Below, piece after piece: positions 1 to 13,500 of a stretch of DNA of 64,000 nucleotides (within the stretch, counting starts at the first letter, position 1; the number at the start of each line of letters is the position of its first letter). The notes beneath the pieces were generated by a model, which saw only the letters and a program-made list of their open reading frames with translations, was not told where the DNA came from and made no database searches. The stretch lies in NCBI GenBank assembly GCA_965644295.1, contig CBFFRP010000217.1:62001-126000 (forward strand). Reading direction: 5' to 3'. The stretch comes from Paraphysomonas bandaiensis (taxonomy: Eukaryota; Protista; Chrysophyceae). The translations under genes were made by a program, and so were the position numbers.

Positions 1-3000
1 ACGTTGGGACTACGTCGATAGTTACTGTAACCGTATATGATTCTCATCGTTCAGACGAGGCAACCGTATCGATCACTATCACTTCGGCGTCATCTCCTGT
101 TGTGAATATCTTATCAACAAAGCAGCAGTTGTTATCATATAAAAAGCTGTCATTACTGGGATCAGTAGAACTTACTTCAACTGCGGCCGTTTCTTGGTCT
201 GTGAATGATAGAAATATAAATTTAACTACGTCTGCGACAACTTCCCCATCAAAGACATTCTCTGCCGGTGTTCATACTTTCAATCTTGTATTGATGCCTA
301 ATACGGTTGAATCCAGCTTAACATTGACGTTCACATTGACTAGTGGAAGTAGTTCAGCCTCAGTGGATGTTAGTTTCATGTCTCCACCTTACGGAGGAAA
401 TGTATCGGTTACTCCGGCCACCGGACAGGAACTGAAAGATTATTTTAAATTCTCAGTATCTAAATGGAGCGTATTTGATCAGTATTTGGAGCTACCACTG
501 ACTTATTCATACGGTTACCTTGCTCCAGATGAACAGTCAACTTTGATCGTTCAACCACGGTCGCAACTTACTTTCGTGTCATCAATGCTCCCAAAAGGTC
601 GTTCTAAGCGCAATTTTGTGATTGAATGTCAATTTAGAATATATAATGTTCTTGATGCAATGACGTCCTCGTCATTTGGAGTCAAAGTTTTCACCTCCAC
701 ATATACGTCATCCGAGTATGCATCACTGATTGTGACCCAGCTATCTGAAGCCGCACACGAGACATCTTTTACGCCCTCCCTGCAAATTTTATCATACGGT
801 ACAACTTCTATAAATAGTGCAAACTGCACTCTTGCTCCGAACTGTATGTCTCTGAATCGATATGAATGCGCAACTGTTCCACACACGTGTGGTGCTTGCA
901 TGAATGGGTATTTTGGAGATCCTATTGCAGATGATAATTCGTATTGCTACTCTGCGTTGTCATCAGTGACTGATGCTGGAGGCAAGTGCAGCAGGGACGA
1001 CCATTGTGGTTCGTTTCAGACGTGTAGTACCACAACTCGAACGTGTACTCCCATGCAAAAGTTGTGCTCACAAAACTGCTCTGGACATGGGGTATGTGAA
1101 TACGTCTCCGTGTCTACAGGTGCTTGGAAACAAGTGTGTAATAGAGGTGATAGGACTTGTAAAGCTATGTGCCGCTGTGAATCTGGTTATTTTGGTTCTG
1201 TATGTTTCATAACAAGCGACGAAATTTCGTCGAAGAAGCTTGTGAGAGAGACGATGACAGCATCTCTTCTATCTGTCTCAAAGTCGGCAGATCAAACGGA
1301 AGACATGATTCAAACTCTTGTGGCAATGATTACGAATGTTGGGGCTAACCAGGCAGAATTGAGTGCATTGTCGTGCTACCGACTGCTATCTGTAATCAAC
1401 ACAACACTTGCTGATGCCATTAGTCTGGATGTTCCTTACGGCACAGTGATTTCAACACTTGATATAATAAATACTTGTGGAGAAATATTATCAAAAATTG
1501 CCGGCCTTGAAAATGGAATATCTGAGTTTGGTGTGGGTTATGATTATGAAATTGTAGGACGGGTGTTGGATTTGTTTGCTTCTTTGGTCTCACAAGATAT
1601 TATTGCAGGAGAAGATTCAATTAATTCTGTGCGTGATACATTTAGGGTCAGAAACATGGTTATGCATGAGTCAAATGAAAGTCACATCAGCACAGCACAA
1701 TTAGACTACGAGCTTCAAAAGAAATACACTTCCAGTGTTGCTATCTTGTCGCGTACTGAGGTTTCTGACCTAAAGGTGTCTTTAGTAGAGACTGCAGCGC
1801 TGTTATATTCAAACTTTTCATTGCTTGCGAACCCTCTTCGAATTCGTGCGAATTCTCTCCAAACCACATTTTCTGACTTGGAGTATATTTTTACCCTCCG
1901 CAATTTTGTTCCTCAGGTGTATGGCGAAGACCACAGCAATAGCACTTATGACCGTAATTCTAGTATTGTACTGAAAACGTTTTGTAGATATGGTATTCAG
2001 AGGACATCTTCAACCATGTGTCCATCTGGTGTCCGTCTACTTCATGAGTGTAACGGTACTTTCGAAGGAATCAGAGTAACTGTCTGTCCTAATCGTTATA
2101 TAATTCCAACCTGTGCTGTAATCGGTGACTCATCACTCTATCGAAGTAGTCGTGATAGTACCTGTATTTTGATGAACTATACTTCCACTACGACAACATG
2201 TTCGTGTAAGCTAGACACCCAACGCCGCCTTGTGGAATCCTCATCGACTAGTCAAAATCTTGAGGTGACTTCATTGATAGAGTCAGTTTATGACGGTCCA
2301 ACCGATCAGATACTGCAGTATGATCTTTCAAACAGGAGTACTCTTGGTAACTCTTATTATATTGCGGTCTGTACTGGGGCTATATGGTTCACTGGAATTC
2401 TCTCCATGTATACGTTCCTGCGGATACACAAATCCGATAAGAATAAAGTATTTGTGCCCAAATCAACACTGTATCACACTGGAGGTAAAGCTAACAAGAA
2501 GCGGCTTGTGATAAACTACATGGAGAAGATTATTCCAAAGATATTTTTGAGAAGTAGTGAGCCTTATAATTTGCTTTTTGAAGAGTTTATGAAAGAGCAT
2601 AGGTATTTCAAGTTTTTTTTCAACACTGAACGTAAAGCAGCTAAGCGAAATATGTATTTGAGTGCTCAGTTGCTTACATATAGTAACCTTATGATTTGCA
2701 TATTGGCGATTCTTTATTATATTCAGGTACGTTTTCTGCAGTACATGTACATGTTGTTTGAACGTGTTTCCCAACAGTATCCACCCGACAATGGGCAGTG
2801 TGATGATATTTACGATGAAAATTTGTGTGAGGAAGAAAGAACTACTTTTGATAAAAGTTTAAGTATATGTCGATGGGTCCTTGTGGGCACAGTTCTCAAT
2901 TCAGACGAATATGCATGTGTTCATGGTAAACCTTTATTTTCCGTCAAGGTAATCGGAATGAATTTGTGTCATACATGACTAACGTAGAGTATAATTTTTT

Positions 3001-5235
3001 AGGCATTCATTTTTATTACCTTCATCACTGCTGCTTCTCTGGGAGTGCTGTCTTTTATTGTTGACTTTTTATTTGAGGACGTATTACGTGCGAAAGTTGC
3101 CGAACAAAGTCATGTTATACACAGTATATCTTCTATAATCGCCATGATTACGAGTATTGTACGTCTGCAGATCATATCATTTTATCGGCGTGCATGGACC
3201 AATCCTAACACCAATCAGATTTACCCAGCTAATCGAGACCAAAATACCTTTTTAAGTACTGCGTTTTTATATACTTCCATCAATCGAGAGTTTCCTAACG
3301 AGTTGATAGAGCTTCATACGCTTCTTGTTAATGCCATGAGTACAGTGACGAAAAATTACGGTACGTCTGGAGGATTCGGAGAAAATAGTGAAACGACTGA
3401 TGTAGACCACAATCCTTGCACAACAGTGTTTGGGCGTATTGTTGAAAATACAGATACTTCTGCAAGCTACGAGCAGTTGATTGAAAATTTAGCAACTTTG
3501 CGACGAAACTTGAGATCACATGATTTGGAGGTGTTGGAAAAGGAATGGGGGTATGTAATAGAAAGTTTGTTTTTCACACTTAATTTTTGTACTATATATT
3601 GACAGTATGCTTGACAATTCCGATAGAACAAGACGAATGTGGATGTACAATTGTTCACGTGGTCTATCATTTGAAGAAATTCTCAGAAATGAAGTGGAGG
3701 TGACTACGGAGATAGCGACTGAAATAGCAAGATGCTATCGCGCGGAGAGTCCTTATGAGACGGGTATTCAGATTATTCACTTATTTATTGCGGATGTACT
3801 CGGAAGACACACTATTGCTGCTAAAATATTTTTAGCCAAGACATATTACGAGTAAGTTTTGGTTTTAGATGTGTATGTCATTGCTGACCATATTTGCAGG
3901 TATAGATCCTCAATGACAGTGACAAAGCTTCTTAGAACTGCTTCGCTTTTACTCATATTCTCTTTGAATTTGGCATGTCTGACTTTTGTACTTTGGACTG
4001 GGGTTTATAGGGGTCATAGTTATCAGGGAGTTATATTGACAGCTTTCCTGGCTCAACTTGCCATCCAGATTTTTGTTGTAGAATCTACCCAATGTTGTAT
4101 TGTGAATTACCTTGTCCCTATTCTAGTGGCTCCTTCTGTGCGAACTGCAGTCGATGAGTTGAAACGATCTGTAGAGGTCGCATTTATTAATGGTGATGGC
4201 ACGTACATTCTTGATGTACCGAAGTACTTCTTTGTGTCGACGAAAATTGCCTGCATCCTCCCGTATCTTGTCGAGTCGTCTATTGTTCTTTCGTATCACA
4301 CCACCCACCCGCATTGTATTAATCGAAATTGGGGGAATGACAAGCAAGATGATAAAAAGTGGTGGATTCTTGAAGATATTGATGATGTATTCTGTACAAT
4401 ATATGTCGTCCTTCACCAATGTACTGTAATAACTGCGACGAGAGAACTTTTACTTAGGATTGGAACACTTCCCCAAAAGTTGCAAAAATTAATTGTTGAT
4501 ATAGCTGTAGTTTTGTTTTTATTTGCGGTCACAGTTGCTGTATATTATTTTTATCATTATCAAGTTTATGGATTAGTCGCAACACTATTATATGTGGCAT
4601 GGGAGTCGTGGGCCTTTTGCTGTCGGAATAAAGTGGCGAGTAGTAGAGTGGGGGTCGAAACTGTATCGCTCAGTCAGAGAAAGACTATGCGCGCATTAGA
4701 TTCCTTTCAATTATATTCTCCCCGTTTATTTCAATCTCGAAGTACACTACAAGGTACACATGGAGGTGGCGCTATGCAAGTAGCGGAACACAATGAAAGA
4801 AGTCTATCGCAATACTCGTGCCATTTTGAAAATGGCGAAGGAAAGAATGGTGTGAGAGATGACCGTTATCTTGAAGGCAAGGAGGAAGGTGCCACAGATG
4901 CTGCTGCCGTCGACAAATGTTTGAGTTCTATTCAACTTGGTACTGGTGGTGATGTTAACGACGGCACCACAGCTGACGATATTGAATGTGGTTTACGTTT
5001 TCAAAAATCGGGCGACAGTGATAACTCTGCGGTTGTTGCTATTGATGGCTGTTTGAGTAATGATGGTAGTATGCAGCGGCAGTTTGAGGTTTCAGTTTCC
5101 GACAATGAATCTGTGAAGAGTATTATCAATGAATGCTTGAAGGGTGATAATGAGGCAGACGATGGTTCTGAAAGATTTGACTCAGATAGCAACTCTATTG
5201 CCGCTGTAATTGATGCGTTCTTAGATTCAGATTAA
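1..5235 (+). CDS. REJ-domain / EGF-like / GPS-like multi-pass membrane protein (polycystin-1/PKD-REJ-like), 5'-partial, at least 5 exons
   Basis: The frame is open from the window edge. REJ-type segment (PPYGGNVSVTPATG..FKFSVSKW..LPLTYSYGY), EGF-like Cys repeats (CSQNCSGHGVC..CRCESGYFGSVC), GPS-like CxxxNYTSTTTTCSC followed by a TM helix, then further hydrophobic helices. GT-AG introns at 2727-2777, 2949-3002, 3551-3605 and 3852-3899 join the ORF-track pieces in frame. Confidence 0.75.
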
Positions 5236-5711
5236 CAGCAGATGTATGTTTGAAAAATGTATGTCGTGGTGATTGAGTACTGTATGTGGAATTTTGTATG
5301 TACTCATGTAATATATAATTTAAAACAACTATCGAAATTCTAATTCTTTAATATGCTTATACATGTGTAGTTGACCACCTTAGATGTTAGTATATATCTG
5401 ACTTGCACTGTGCTGAACTGAAATATTCTCAATTTTCTATCAGAGGCAATGAAATACGTGTTTTTAAAAAGGCGGCATGTTGGTTATGTTGTAAAATGTT
5501 TACGGAATAAAATGCTAGTTATATAGCTGGCAGTCATGTTCTTTTCATGAGTTTTATTCCCTTCAGATGTTCGAGTAGTTATAAGAGTTAAATAATATGA
5601 TGGAAATAATTGAAAGAAAAGATACGTGGATAAGACACTGCATGACGATAATTGATATAGGAATAATGACATATTAAATATGTTTCTTTGAACCTGGTGT
5701 TACCATGACAC

Positions 5712-6165
5712 TCAGTAGTGAATGTCTAATTATTAGTACTAGGATTTTAAGAGTCCAAAAGAATTCAGCATTGCAATTTAACTAACTACTGCTTAACTCT
5801 AATATCCCACTACTAACGCCAGAAAAGCTAATTGTGAATTACCAGAAGGCCATGATGCAACCACTTCGCTTTATCACCCTAAGAAAATGCAGTGAGCAAA
5901 CAGAATGTTGATATACTAGACATCTGTCAGGATTTTTGAGTTCTTAAGGTGAATAGCTCGGATGCTTGACTTCAGCATATCGTCAGGGCCCACAGTCGTC
6001 TAAACAAGCATTCGGCTATGAGTGGGCAGAACCCTAATCGAATAGTTTTTTTTTTATATTTGCTGTCTATGTTTGCGGCTCACTTTAGTTCTCGGAGAAA
6101 TATCTCCTGTACTTACCCCCCAGAACATCATGAAAAGGTGCGAGTCCTATTCTGTTGAGGTGTGC
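5712..6165. repeat. Degenerate dispersed repeat, copy 1 (homologous to 45280-45535); probable retroelement relic
   Basis: Colinear blocks match by eye: gaatgtctaattat/gaatgtctgattat; ttaactctaatatcccacta...gcagtgagcaa/ttaactccaatatcctacta...gcagtgagcaa; gcggctcactttagtt...gttgagg/gcggctcacgttagtt...gttgagg. Confidence 0.65.
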
Positions 6166-7511
6166 ACTTATGCGTGACAAGCTCAAGGCCCCGGACGGAG
6201 TTGGAGGCGAAATTTATAACATCCGCTCAGCCCTTTAAAATAGTTTTACTTGGCTTTTGAGCGACAAATATGAGACTGGGATACGCCGTTCCAACTATTC
6301 TACCACGGGTACCATTTTTTCTCTGTAAATACACTGAACTAGTATGTGTGTTCGGAAGTTATTTTATAATCATTATATGTCTATAATAGGTGTTCATTCG
6401 TTTACCCGTCTGTTTATATTATTATGTTTTTCATTTCGTGTTTGTACCGAACTTTGGTATACATATATGGAAGAAAAATTGAACTTACTTGTGGTTGTTG
6501 AAACTTATAATATTAGAAGTTTGGTTTTTGGTCAATATAACACTGTCATGATTTCACATCATACAGCTGTATTACGGGATAACATGTCAGCGTTACTCTA
6601 TACCTAAATGAATTTCTGTTCTCTTTCCAATAGACAGACATATTTGCACACAAGCTACGTATCCATGATGGCTGGCGTCAGTAAGTAAGAAATACGTCAG
6701 AGCAAGTTTAATAAAATAACTGACAATCACCAACACCTACTGTGAAAATATAAAATGTCAAAAATAAATAATTGCATAATTCATATACAATATATCTGAG
6801 CTTCACTTAATCGAAGGTTCTCTAAAAGCATATCTATGTGAGAAAATGCATGATTACTTGTTGTAAAACTTAATGTATATAAAATACTACACAACGATAT
6901 GAGGCTTGTCAGACCCCAGCTTCTAGCTTGCAGCATCAACTATTACCCCTCTATTAATGATAGAGTATTATTCTTTTTCTTATCAGTAACATGAAGTGTA
7001 GGTTGAATTTGAGATTTGTACAACAAATACGCGCAAATCTAGTTATTAGCTAGTCTATAGACATAAACTAGTTTCTGTACGCAACCGTACTCATGTAATA
7101 ATCAGACTTTCATATACAACAAATACGCTATAGTACTATTTCTCAACAATAGAAGCGTGGTGTAAAATATCATTTAACTTATAACCTTATTTTATAAGCT
7201 ACATGCTACATGAGTCTGTTGTGCTATAGCTATAAAAGCGTGAAGGTTATAGTCATCTACATTCAATTCAAAGAATTTATATGTACACCAATCACTATGC
7301 GATATTAATAATGGAGTAATATTATTATTTCTAAATTGTAACTTGTGCTCTTCAGACACTATGAAACTATTCCAATTCTATGTAGAATGAATATAGTAAA
7401 ATGAACATAGTATAAGATACTGATACTCAGTGCACCTATTCATTTGGGTAACACTGTGTCAAAGCTAAATGTAATGATTTATGGACGAGACAAGTACTTA
7501 AAATATATCAA

Positions 7512-10500
7512 CTAAATATCATGCGCGTTATAAGGCAATGGTCTTTTCCCTCTCTTAGATAGCTGCGGGCTTCGCATCCTCGACAAAGGTCTACTCGAAG
7601 TCATACTCATTAAGTCTCGTAAATTGCTATCTTCAGTCGATCCCGATGGGTGTATTGTATGTGACTGCTGAATTTGTCTTGATTGATTTGAAGAGTGTGG
7701 TGTGTGTGGAGCAGAATGCATCGAAGGATAACGTTTTGGTGCTGAAAATGAAGCATTCTTATTCCAGTGTCGATGTTTCGAGGGCGATACAACTATACGC
7801 ACGTCGGGTCTAGATGGGCTGCGCTTGTGAAACTGGGGTGAAGGAAAGTTGCTTTCAGGAGGGGAGTAAGGTGAGACCGGAAGACTGATAAGAATAGGTG
7901 GGTGCCGTAGGTGGGTTGTGTACTCTTTAACACGTTCTTTGATTTCTTCTTTACGTCTACTTGGAGTGTCGACTTCAGTACTTTTAACTACATTTTTCGT
8001 TAAAATAGTTGATCTGATTTCGTTGATGTCTACAAAGCCTTTTTTGTGTGTGTTGTCATCACATCCCCCGTGAAGTTGATGTCCACTACAACTATTGAGC
8101 TTCACACTTCTTTCCGCCTCAGATTGGGGAACACTCTCTACTACTGCAGGCACATATTTTATTTTAGATTTTTCAAAAGTACTCATTCGCTCCAAACTAT
8201 TTGCTTTATTATCAACATAAGGCCTATGACACAACGGTGCAGTTTGGGATCGTTTCACCATTGATTTAGTTGGGCTTTGGCTTGCCTGTCGTTGTATTTT
8301 CATTACTGCAGCAGAATACTGAGCCATTCGATGTTGCAGTTCTGGACTCTTCGTTCTTTCGAAAGTAGTTGTCGGAATTTTCTTCACATCGGCGAATGTC
8401 TGAGGTATATTCTTTAAAGATCCCGGAAGCTGAGAAATTGTACTCCTTTCATTCGTCAACTTTTGGATTGACGACAATTCGCTACATGATTGTTCTTCAA
8501 ATAAATCATTCAACGAGCTCTCTAGGTCTATATCTCGACACATGTCTTCCCCATTCGGCTTATGGTATTCATCGCGATCGCTGATATCGTATTTATCTGT
8601 TGAAACGACAACTTCTTCATTTGAAACCCCCCTCACTTTCGGTTTGCAACAAACCCAGCAAATCACAGGAATCATGCAAACAACTACCATTCCCACTCCA
8701 ATATAGCCAAGCATTGAATACTGGATTCCATAAAAACCAGTCGTAGTCAATACTTTGGGTGATGGGGATGGAGCAGACGTCGCCACGATTACAACTTCAA
8801 TATCCTCAGAAAATAGTAATTTATTAAAAGTAATGACAGTCGAAGATGTAAAATATTCAGCCCCATTCTCGACAGCCCTCTCCAGAAATACTGCAACAAA
8901 GTCACTGCCTGCTAAAGCAAACTCTATCTCACTTTCTACGTATTCAGCAAAAGAATAAGGATTTTTGAAATCGAAGTGCTCCATGACAGCAACGACAGAA
9001 AATTCGACATCTATAGAATCACTGGTCTGCAATATTCGTCTCAAGAAAACGTTGCTTATCAAACTTTGTGCAACTCCTTGTGTGTCCGAAATTGTTGGAG
9101 TTTCCACAACAGACAGAACAGAAACATCATCGTTACTAAGCCCATTAACAGAATCACTCAAAATCGATTCAAATGCATTTATGGAAGGAATATCATAATA
9201 GTACACTTGAACACCGACAATAGTAGCCACTCCAGTTAGAGTAACAACTGTAGAACCAAAAAAAACATCAGTCGGAGAATAAGAAGGTACATAGGACACA
9301 GTTGGGATAATACCAGGATAGCAGCTGGGGGTTACAGAAGGCAGTCCACTAGGACAACTCGATGGAATATTGGTAGGTACATTACTCGGCTCCGATGTCG
9401 GCTGACCACTGGGAGAGCTTGTTGGTAAGCTTGTGTTGACTAGAATACTTGGAGCCGGACTGGGTTTCGATGTCGGCTGACCACTCGGTATAAATGACGG
9501 GATACTACTAGGATTGCCGCTGGGGGTTACAGAAGGCAGTCCACTAGGACAACTCGATGGAATATTGGTAGGTACACTACTCGGCTCCGATGTCGGCTGA
9601 CCACTCGGTATAAATGACGGGATACTACTAGGATAGCCGCTGGGGGTTACAGAAGGCAGTCCACTAGGACAACTCGATGGAATATTGGTAGGTACACTAC
9701 TCGGCTCCGATGTCGGCTGACCACTGGGAGAGCTTGTTGGTAAGCTTGTGTTGACTAGAATACTTGGAGCCGGACTGGGTTTCGATGTCGGCTGACCACT
9801 CGGTATAAATGACGGGATACTACTAGGATAACCGCTGTGGGTTACAGAAGGCAGTCCACTAGGACAACTCGATGGAATATTGGTAGGTACACTACTCGGA
9901 TCCGATGTCGGCTGACCACTGGGAGAGCTTGTTGGTAAGCTTGTGTTGACTAGAATACTTGAAGCCGGACTGGGTTTCGATGTCGGCTGACCACTCGGTA
10001 TAAATGATGGGATACTACTAGGATAGCCGCTGGGTGTTACAGAAGGCAGCCCACTAGGGCAACTCGATGGAATATTGGTAGGTACACTACTCGGCTCCGA
10101 TGTCGGCTGACCACTCGGTATTAATGACGGGATACTACTAGGATAGCCGCTGGGGGTTACAGAAGGCAGTCCACTAGGACAACTCGATGGAATATTGGTA
10201 GGTACACTACTCGGCTCCGATGTCGGCTGACCACTGGGAGAGCTTGTTAGTAAGCTTGTGTTGACTAGAATACTTGGAGCCGGACTGGGTTTCGATGTCG
10301 GCTGACCACTCGGTATAAATGACGGGATACTACTAGGATAGCCGCTGGGGGTTACAGAAGGCAGTCCACTAGGACAACTCGATGGAATATTGGTAGGTAC
10401 ACTACTCGGCTCCGATGTCGGCTGACCACTGGGAGAGCTTGTTAGTAAGCTTGTGTTGACTAGAATACTTGGAGCCGGACTGGGTTTCGATGTCGGCTGA

Positions 10501-13500
10501 CCACTCGGTATAAATGACGGGATACTACTAGGATAGCCGCTGGGGGTTACAGAAGGCAGTCCACTAGGACAACTCGATGGAATATTGGTAGGTACACTAC
10601 TCGGCTCCGATGTCGGCTGACCACTGGGAGAGCTTGTTAGTAAGCTTGTGTTGACTAGAATACTTGGAGCCGGACTGGGTTTCGATGTCGGCTGACCACT
10701 CGGTATAAATGACGGGATACTACTAGGATAGCCGCTGGGGGTTACAGAAGGCAGTCCACTAGGACAACTCGATGGAATATTGGTAGGTACACTACTCGGC
10801 TCCGATGTCGGCTGACCACTGGGAGAGCTTGTTAGTAAGCTTGTGTTGACTAGAATACTTGGAGCCGGACTGGGTTTCGATGTCGGCTGACCACTCGGTA
10901 TTAATGACGGGATACTACTAGGATAGCCGCTGGGGGTTACAGAAGGCAGTCCACTAGGACAACTCGATGGAATATTGGTAGGTACACTACTCGGCTCCGA
11001 TGTCGGCTGACCACTGGGAGAGCTTGTTAGTAAGCTTGTGTTGACTAGAATACTTGGAGCCGGACTGGGTTTCGATGTCGGCTGACCACTCGGTATTAAT
11101 GACGGGATACTACTAGGATAGCCGCTGGGGGTTACAGAAGGCAGTCCACTAGGACAACTCGATGGAATATTGGTAGGTACACTACTCGGCTCCGATGTCG
11201 GCTGACCACTGGGAGAGCTTGTTAGTAAGCTTGTGTTGACTAGAATACTTGGAGCCGGACTGGGTTTCGATGTCGGCTGACCACTCGGTATAAATGACGG
11301 GATACTACTAGGATAGCCGCTGGGGGTTACAGAAGGCAGTCCACTAGGACAACTCGATGGAATATTGGTAGGTACACTACTCGGCTCCGATGTCGGCTGA
11401 CCACTGGGAGAGCTTGTTAGTAAGCTTGTGTTGACTAGAATACTTGGAGCCGGACTGGGTTTCGATGTCGGCTGACCACTCGGTATAAATGACGGGATAC
11501 TACTAGGATAGCCGCTGGGGGTTACAGAAGGCAGTCCACTAGGACAACTCGATGGAATATTGGTAGGTACACTACTCGGCTCCGATGTCGGCTGACCACT
11601 GGGAGAGCTTGTTAGTAAGCTTGTGTTGACTAGAATACTTGGAGCCGGACTGGGTTTCGATGTCGGCTGACCACTCGGTATAAATGACGGGATACTACTA
11701 GGATAGCCGCTGGGGGTTACAGAAGGCAGTCCACTAGGACAACTCGATGGAATATTGGTAGGTACACTACTCGGCTCCGATGTCGGCTGACCACTGGGAG
11801 AGCTTGTTGGTAAGCTTGTGTTGACTAGAATACTTGGAGCCGGACTGGGTTTCGATGTCGGCTGGCCACTAGGTATAAATGACGGGATACTACTAGGATA
11901 GCCGCTGGGGGTTACAGAAGGCAGTCCACTAGGACAACTCGATGGAATATTGGTAGGTACACTACTCGGCTCCGATGTCGGCTGACCACTGGGAGAGCTT
12001 GTTGGTAAGCTTGTGTTGCCTAGAATACTTGGTGCCGGACTGGGTTTCGATGTCGGCTGACCACTCGGTATAAATGACGGGATACTACTAGGATAGCCGC
12101 TGGGGGTTACAGAAGGCAGCCCACTAGGACAACTCGATGGAATATTGGTAGGTACACTACTCGGCTCCGATGTCGGCTGACCACTCTGTATAAATGACGG
12201 GATACTACTAGGATAGCCGCTGGGGGTTACAGAAGGCAGTCCACTAGGACAACTCGATGGAATATTGGTAGGTACACTACTCGGCTCCGATGTCGGCTGA
12301 CCACTGGGAGAGCTTGTTGGTAAGCTTGTGTTGCCTAGAATACTTGGAGCCGAACTGGGTTTCGATGTCGGCTGGCCACTAGGTATAAATGACGGGATAC
12401 TACTAGGATAGCCGCTGGGGGTTACAGAAGGCAGTCCACTAGGACAACTCGATGGAATATTGGTAGGTACACTACTCGGCTCCGATGTCGGCTGACCACT
12501 GGGAGAGCTTGTTGGTAAGCTTGTGTTGCCTAGAATACTTGGTGCCGGACTGGGTTTCGATGTCGGCTGACCACTCGGTATAAATGACGGGATACTACTA
12601 GGATAGCCGCTGGGGGTTACAGAAGGCAGTCCACTAGGACAACTCGATGGAATATTGGTAGGTACACTACTCGGCTCCGATGTCGGCTGACCACTGGGAG
12701 AGCTTGTTGGTAAGCTTGTGTTGCCTAGAATACTTGGAGCCGGACTGGGTTTCGATGTCGGCTGACCACTCGGTATAAATGACGGGATACTACTAGGATA
12801 ACCGCTGGGGGTTACAGAAGGCAGTCCACTAGGGCAACTCGATGGAATATTGGTAGGTACACTACTCGGCTCCGATGTCGGCTGACCACTGGGAGAGCTT
12901 GTTGGTAAGCTTGTGTTGCCTAGAATACTTGGTGCCGGACTGGGTTTCGATGTCGGCTGACCACTCGGTATTAATGACGGGATACTACTAGGATAGCAGC
13001 TGGGTGTTACAGAAGGCAGTCCACTAGTGCAACTCGATGGAATATTGGTAGGTACACTACTCGGCTCCGATGTCGGCTGACCACTCGGTATAAATGACGG
13101 GGTACTACTAGGATAGCAGCTGGGGGTTACAGAAGGCAGTCCACTAGGACAACTCGATGGAATATTGGTAGGTACACTACTCGGCTCCGATGTCGGCTGA
13201 CCACTGGGAGAGCTTGTTGGTAAGCTTGTGTTGACTAGAATACTTGGAGCCGGACTGGGTTTCGATGTCGGCTGACCACTCGGTATAAATGACGGGATAC
13301 TACTAGGATAGCCGCTGGGGGTTACAGAAGGCAGTCCACTAGGACAACTCGATGGAATATTGGTAGGTACACTACTCGGCTCCGATGTCGGCTGACCACT
13401 GGGAGAGCTTGTTGGTAAGCTTGTGTTGCCTAGAATACTTGGAGCCGAACTGGGTTTCGATGTCGGCTGACCACTCGGTATAAATGACGGGATACTACTA

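Noticed and set aside
6027-6056. AACCCTAA followed by a T run as a possible telomerase RNA template with Pol III terminator
   Set aside because: The template would sit about 10 nt from the 3' end, leaving no room for the pseudoknot and 3' stem; a single 8-mer is expected by chance.
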